A DNA stretch of 63,413 bases, counting the filler, from Aduncisulcus paluster (taxonomy: Eukaryota): assembly GCA_024181965.1 (NCBI GenBank). It is 35 parts of 35 records of this genome, joined end to end, with 100 filler letters (N's around TTAATTAATTAA, not from the genome) between each part and the next. Parts side by side here need not be neighbours in the genome. Positions count along the whole stretch, not along the records: positions 60,766 to 62,114 come from BQXS01000626.1; positions 62,215 to 63,413 come from BQXS01000632.1; 33 more parts are not named here. One strand, 5' to 3'. Position numbers and translations under genes: made by a program. Under the pieces are notes generated by a model, which was not told where the DNA came from, searched no databases, and saw nothing but the letters and a program-made list of their open reading frames with translations. This document shows, piece by piece, positions 60,766 through 63,413 of the stretch (positions are counted from its first letter, which is position 1; every line of letters begins with the position of its first letter).

Positions 60766-62114
60766 AAAGGGACAGAAATACTTTGCTGCCCTAGATCTTA
60801 TTCATGGATATCACCAGCTACCTCTTGCTCCTCAATGTCGAAGGTTCACAGCCTTCACCACTCCATTGGGACTCTATGAGTGGACAGTCCTGCCGTTTGG
60901 GCTCAAATCGGCTCCAGCAATCTTTCAAAAGACCTTGCAAACATTGTTCAGTGAGTTGTTATTCCATGGAGTACTCGTTTATTTGGATGACATCATAGTA
61001 TATGCCAAGGACAAAGACCAGTTTCTCGCTCGCTTGAGGGAGGTATTCAATCGCCTCAATGCTTTTGGTTTAACGCTGAACAAGGAGAAGTGCACCTTGG
61101 GTTGTTCTAAGGTGGATTATTTGGGTTGGGAAATCAGTGAACATGGTCAAAGGATCTCAGAATCGCGTTTGCAGGGTATTAAGGACCTTGAGAGAGCTCA
61201 TGGAGCACACTGGAACAAGAGGCCTTTGGCGTGGTCTGGTGCTTGAGGAAAGCGAGGCAATTCGTTTCCGGAAGATCATTTACCATAGAGACCGACCACA
61301 GAAACCTTACCTTTGTTCTCAAGAATACCTCACCAAAGGTTATGAGATGGCGTCTAGAATTGGCAGAATATCAATTTGAAATTCGACACATTGCCGGTAA
61401 ACAGAACGTTGTGGCGGATACTCTTTCCCGTGGCACAGAAGAACCAAAGCAATCGATAATTGCTGCAAGAGCCGAGATTCAGAAAACATTGGATCCTGAT
61501 GAGGTGTTTAAAACTGACCTGTAGTGAAAGAAGATGAGGCTGATGTGAGATATTTAGTCGTAATCGTTGATAATTTCTCGCGGTTCACCGAACTGGTCCC
61601 CACCATAAGCACCACAGGGGAAGAAGCAGCGGATGCCCTCATTGCAGCAGTAGTGTCACGCCATGGAGTTCCAGAATGCATACGATCAGACTCTGGCAGA
61701 CAGTATGACAATGGTTTGCTGAAGAGGTTGTGTGAAAGGTTAAAGATCGTTCAGTCTTTTACACACCCCCACCATCACGAATCTAATGGGATTGTTGAGC
61801 GGAAGAATCAAGACATCGGCAAGCATTTAAGGAAAATGTACTCCGAAGGGTTGAGAAAACAGGAGTGGGTCGATGCTGTTCCATTGATCATGTCCTTGCT
61901 AAATGATACTCCATGTTCAACAACTGGAATGTCACCAAGAGAACTACTATATGGAACGGACAGTGGGAAGTTTAGTTTGTTGAAAAGGTTAACAAAAGAG
62001 GATAGTGAAAATCCTTCGACGGATGATGAATTGAAAACGATTTACAAGAACTATCTCTCACTTCTGGATCACAGACTCAAACAAAAACGGAGCACGGCTT
62101 CAAGGAAACAGGAG
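60766..62114 (+). mobile_element. Internally deleted Gypsy pol (RT / RNase H / integrase core)
   Basis: LPFGLKSAP, YLDD; ETDHRNL; VIVDNFSRF, IRSDSG, SNGIVER; junctions near 61190 and 61510. Confidence 0.92.
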
Positions 62115-62214
62115 NNNNNNNNNNNNNNNNNNNNNNNNNNNNNNNNNNNNNNNNNNNNTTAATTAATTAANNNNNNNNNNNNNNNNNNNNNNNNNNNNNN
62201 NNNNNNNNNNNNNN

Positions 62215-62748
62215 GCGGCAGTGACACTCCAAGGGATTTCACGAAAGATCGCCGCGATATTGCAAGAAAGGAAGCTGCACGTCGTGCCGGTGCATATCCC
62301 AGGCGTCACCAACGTTATAGCCGACAAGTTATCCAGACCACTTCAACCCCCAACACAAGACGAGTCGTCTCTTCTGTCTTGGTGCATCGAGAGGTTCGGA
62401 CCATTGGAACAGGCCAGCGACCTAACCCCGCCGTTTTATCAGAAATGGTGGAGGGGAAGATGGTTTGTTCACATCATTCCCCGCCACTCAATCCAAGCAG
62501 CGGCACATCTGTTAGAGGGGACAGATGTCCTTCCGAGGACGGGGAGGATGTCGGTGCCAGTGCGGAGACGACCGGAGCTAACTCTTTGGCTCGACTCCCC
62601 CCTGCACGCGGCAGCCACGCTCTCGTTGGCTCACCTGTTGAGCGAATCCTTCACTCCGCCCTGGCCTCTTGTCCCTCCCTATTTAAGGAGATGGTCAGAG
62701 ACGAGGGGCTGCAGACCGCAGTGCAGAATCTATGTGCTGCTCACTTGA
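62215..62748 (+). mobile_element. DIRS-type RNase H C-terminus
   Basis: VHIPGVTNVIADKLSR. Confidence 0.8.
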
Positions 62749-63413
62749 TTCAGGATGATATTTATGCTTTTGCGACGCAAAAGTCACGGGCCCGACTCCG
62801 GAGCGATATTCTCACGGCGGTCGGAAATGCATCTTCGATAATGCTGTTACTATCCAACCTAGTAGACACATGGGCGTCGAGAATGGGACCAAAAGGTGTC
62901 GGGACAAAGGTAATGGAAACCTCAAACCTTCTGGCTCTGGCTTTCCCACGGATAACAGCACGAGCTGTCGCCAGAACCCTGCAAGGCCAGGGAATGAGGA
63001 CGGCAACGAGGACCCTACGCGTGGCGTCTTTTGAGGACTGTGAAAAACTGGTTAGAAACACAAGATCATCCAACCCGGAGTTGGCTTTGGCCATATCGCT
63101 GGCTTTCCTGACCCTGGCGCGCTTAGATAGCTTGTTACTTCTGAGAGTTGTCGACGTGGAAGTCTCGAAAGGAAGTCTGCTGATCCAGTTCCCGAAGACT
63201 AAAACCCGACCTACGGGGTTCAACATCAGGGTTCCACCCTCAGCCCCCATGTTTCCCAGCTCCCTTATCTCCCGTTTGAGCTACAAAGCAGCTCTGTCAC
63301 CTATTTTCCAACTGCCAGAGGAAAACGATAAACAAACGAGATATCGTCTCGTTTCCGACTTGAGACAAAAGGCCCAGTGTCTCCTTGGGCATGAGATCAC
63401 TTTTCATGCGATT
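62217..63413 (+). mobile_element. Tyrosine recombinase ORF of a DIRS/Ngaro-like retroelement (missing from ORF track)
   Basis: Manual translation open throughout; LAFLTLARLDSLLLLR (R), FPKTKT (K), ITFHAI (start of HxxR). Confidence 0.82.

Noticed and set aside
2569-62214. Regularly recurring TTAATTAATTAA as a repeat array or CRISPR
   Set aside because: Always centred in N-runs totalling 100 nt; a synthetic contig linker. The 'LIN' and 'XXXX' ORF tails are artefacts.

Overview
This window is not contiguous genome. It is about 35 short contigs joined by an artificial 100-nt linker (N44-TTAATTAATTAA-N44), so adjacency across linkers has no biological meaning. Most contigs are eukaryotic, intron-poor and standard-code. 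They come from a flagellated protist (IFT172, PARG, MAPK15-like, TM2, alpha2delta-like, expanded internalin-like LRR/EGF families). The AGTAAAT poly(A)-like signal and the LRR expansion fit a fornicate (Carpediemonas/Aduncisulcus-like; inference). Two contigs look bacterial: a Pel polysaccharide operon fragment, and a hydrolase plus Sel1 pair. Mobile DNA is abundant: Ty3/Gypsy chromovirus-like fragments, hAT ends and a DIRS-like tyrosine-recombinase retroelement. Best candidates for new biology: (1) Gypsy elements with ultra-short TG..CA LTRs (about 44-83 bp), where the primer-binding site is replaced by a TGATCA-centred palindrome; the pattern recurs on several contigs and is accompanied by PPT-LTR-palindrome junctions and embedded tRNA-like cassettes. 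(2) Two homologous, highly divergent histone-H3-like proteins. (3) A conserved C8/G8 hairpin plus ACTCCAACGATTTTT motif, about 361 bp upstream of the ATG of two unrelated orphan genes, one of which is an H3-like gene.
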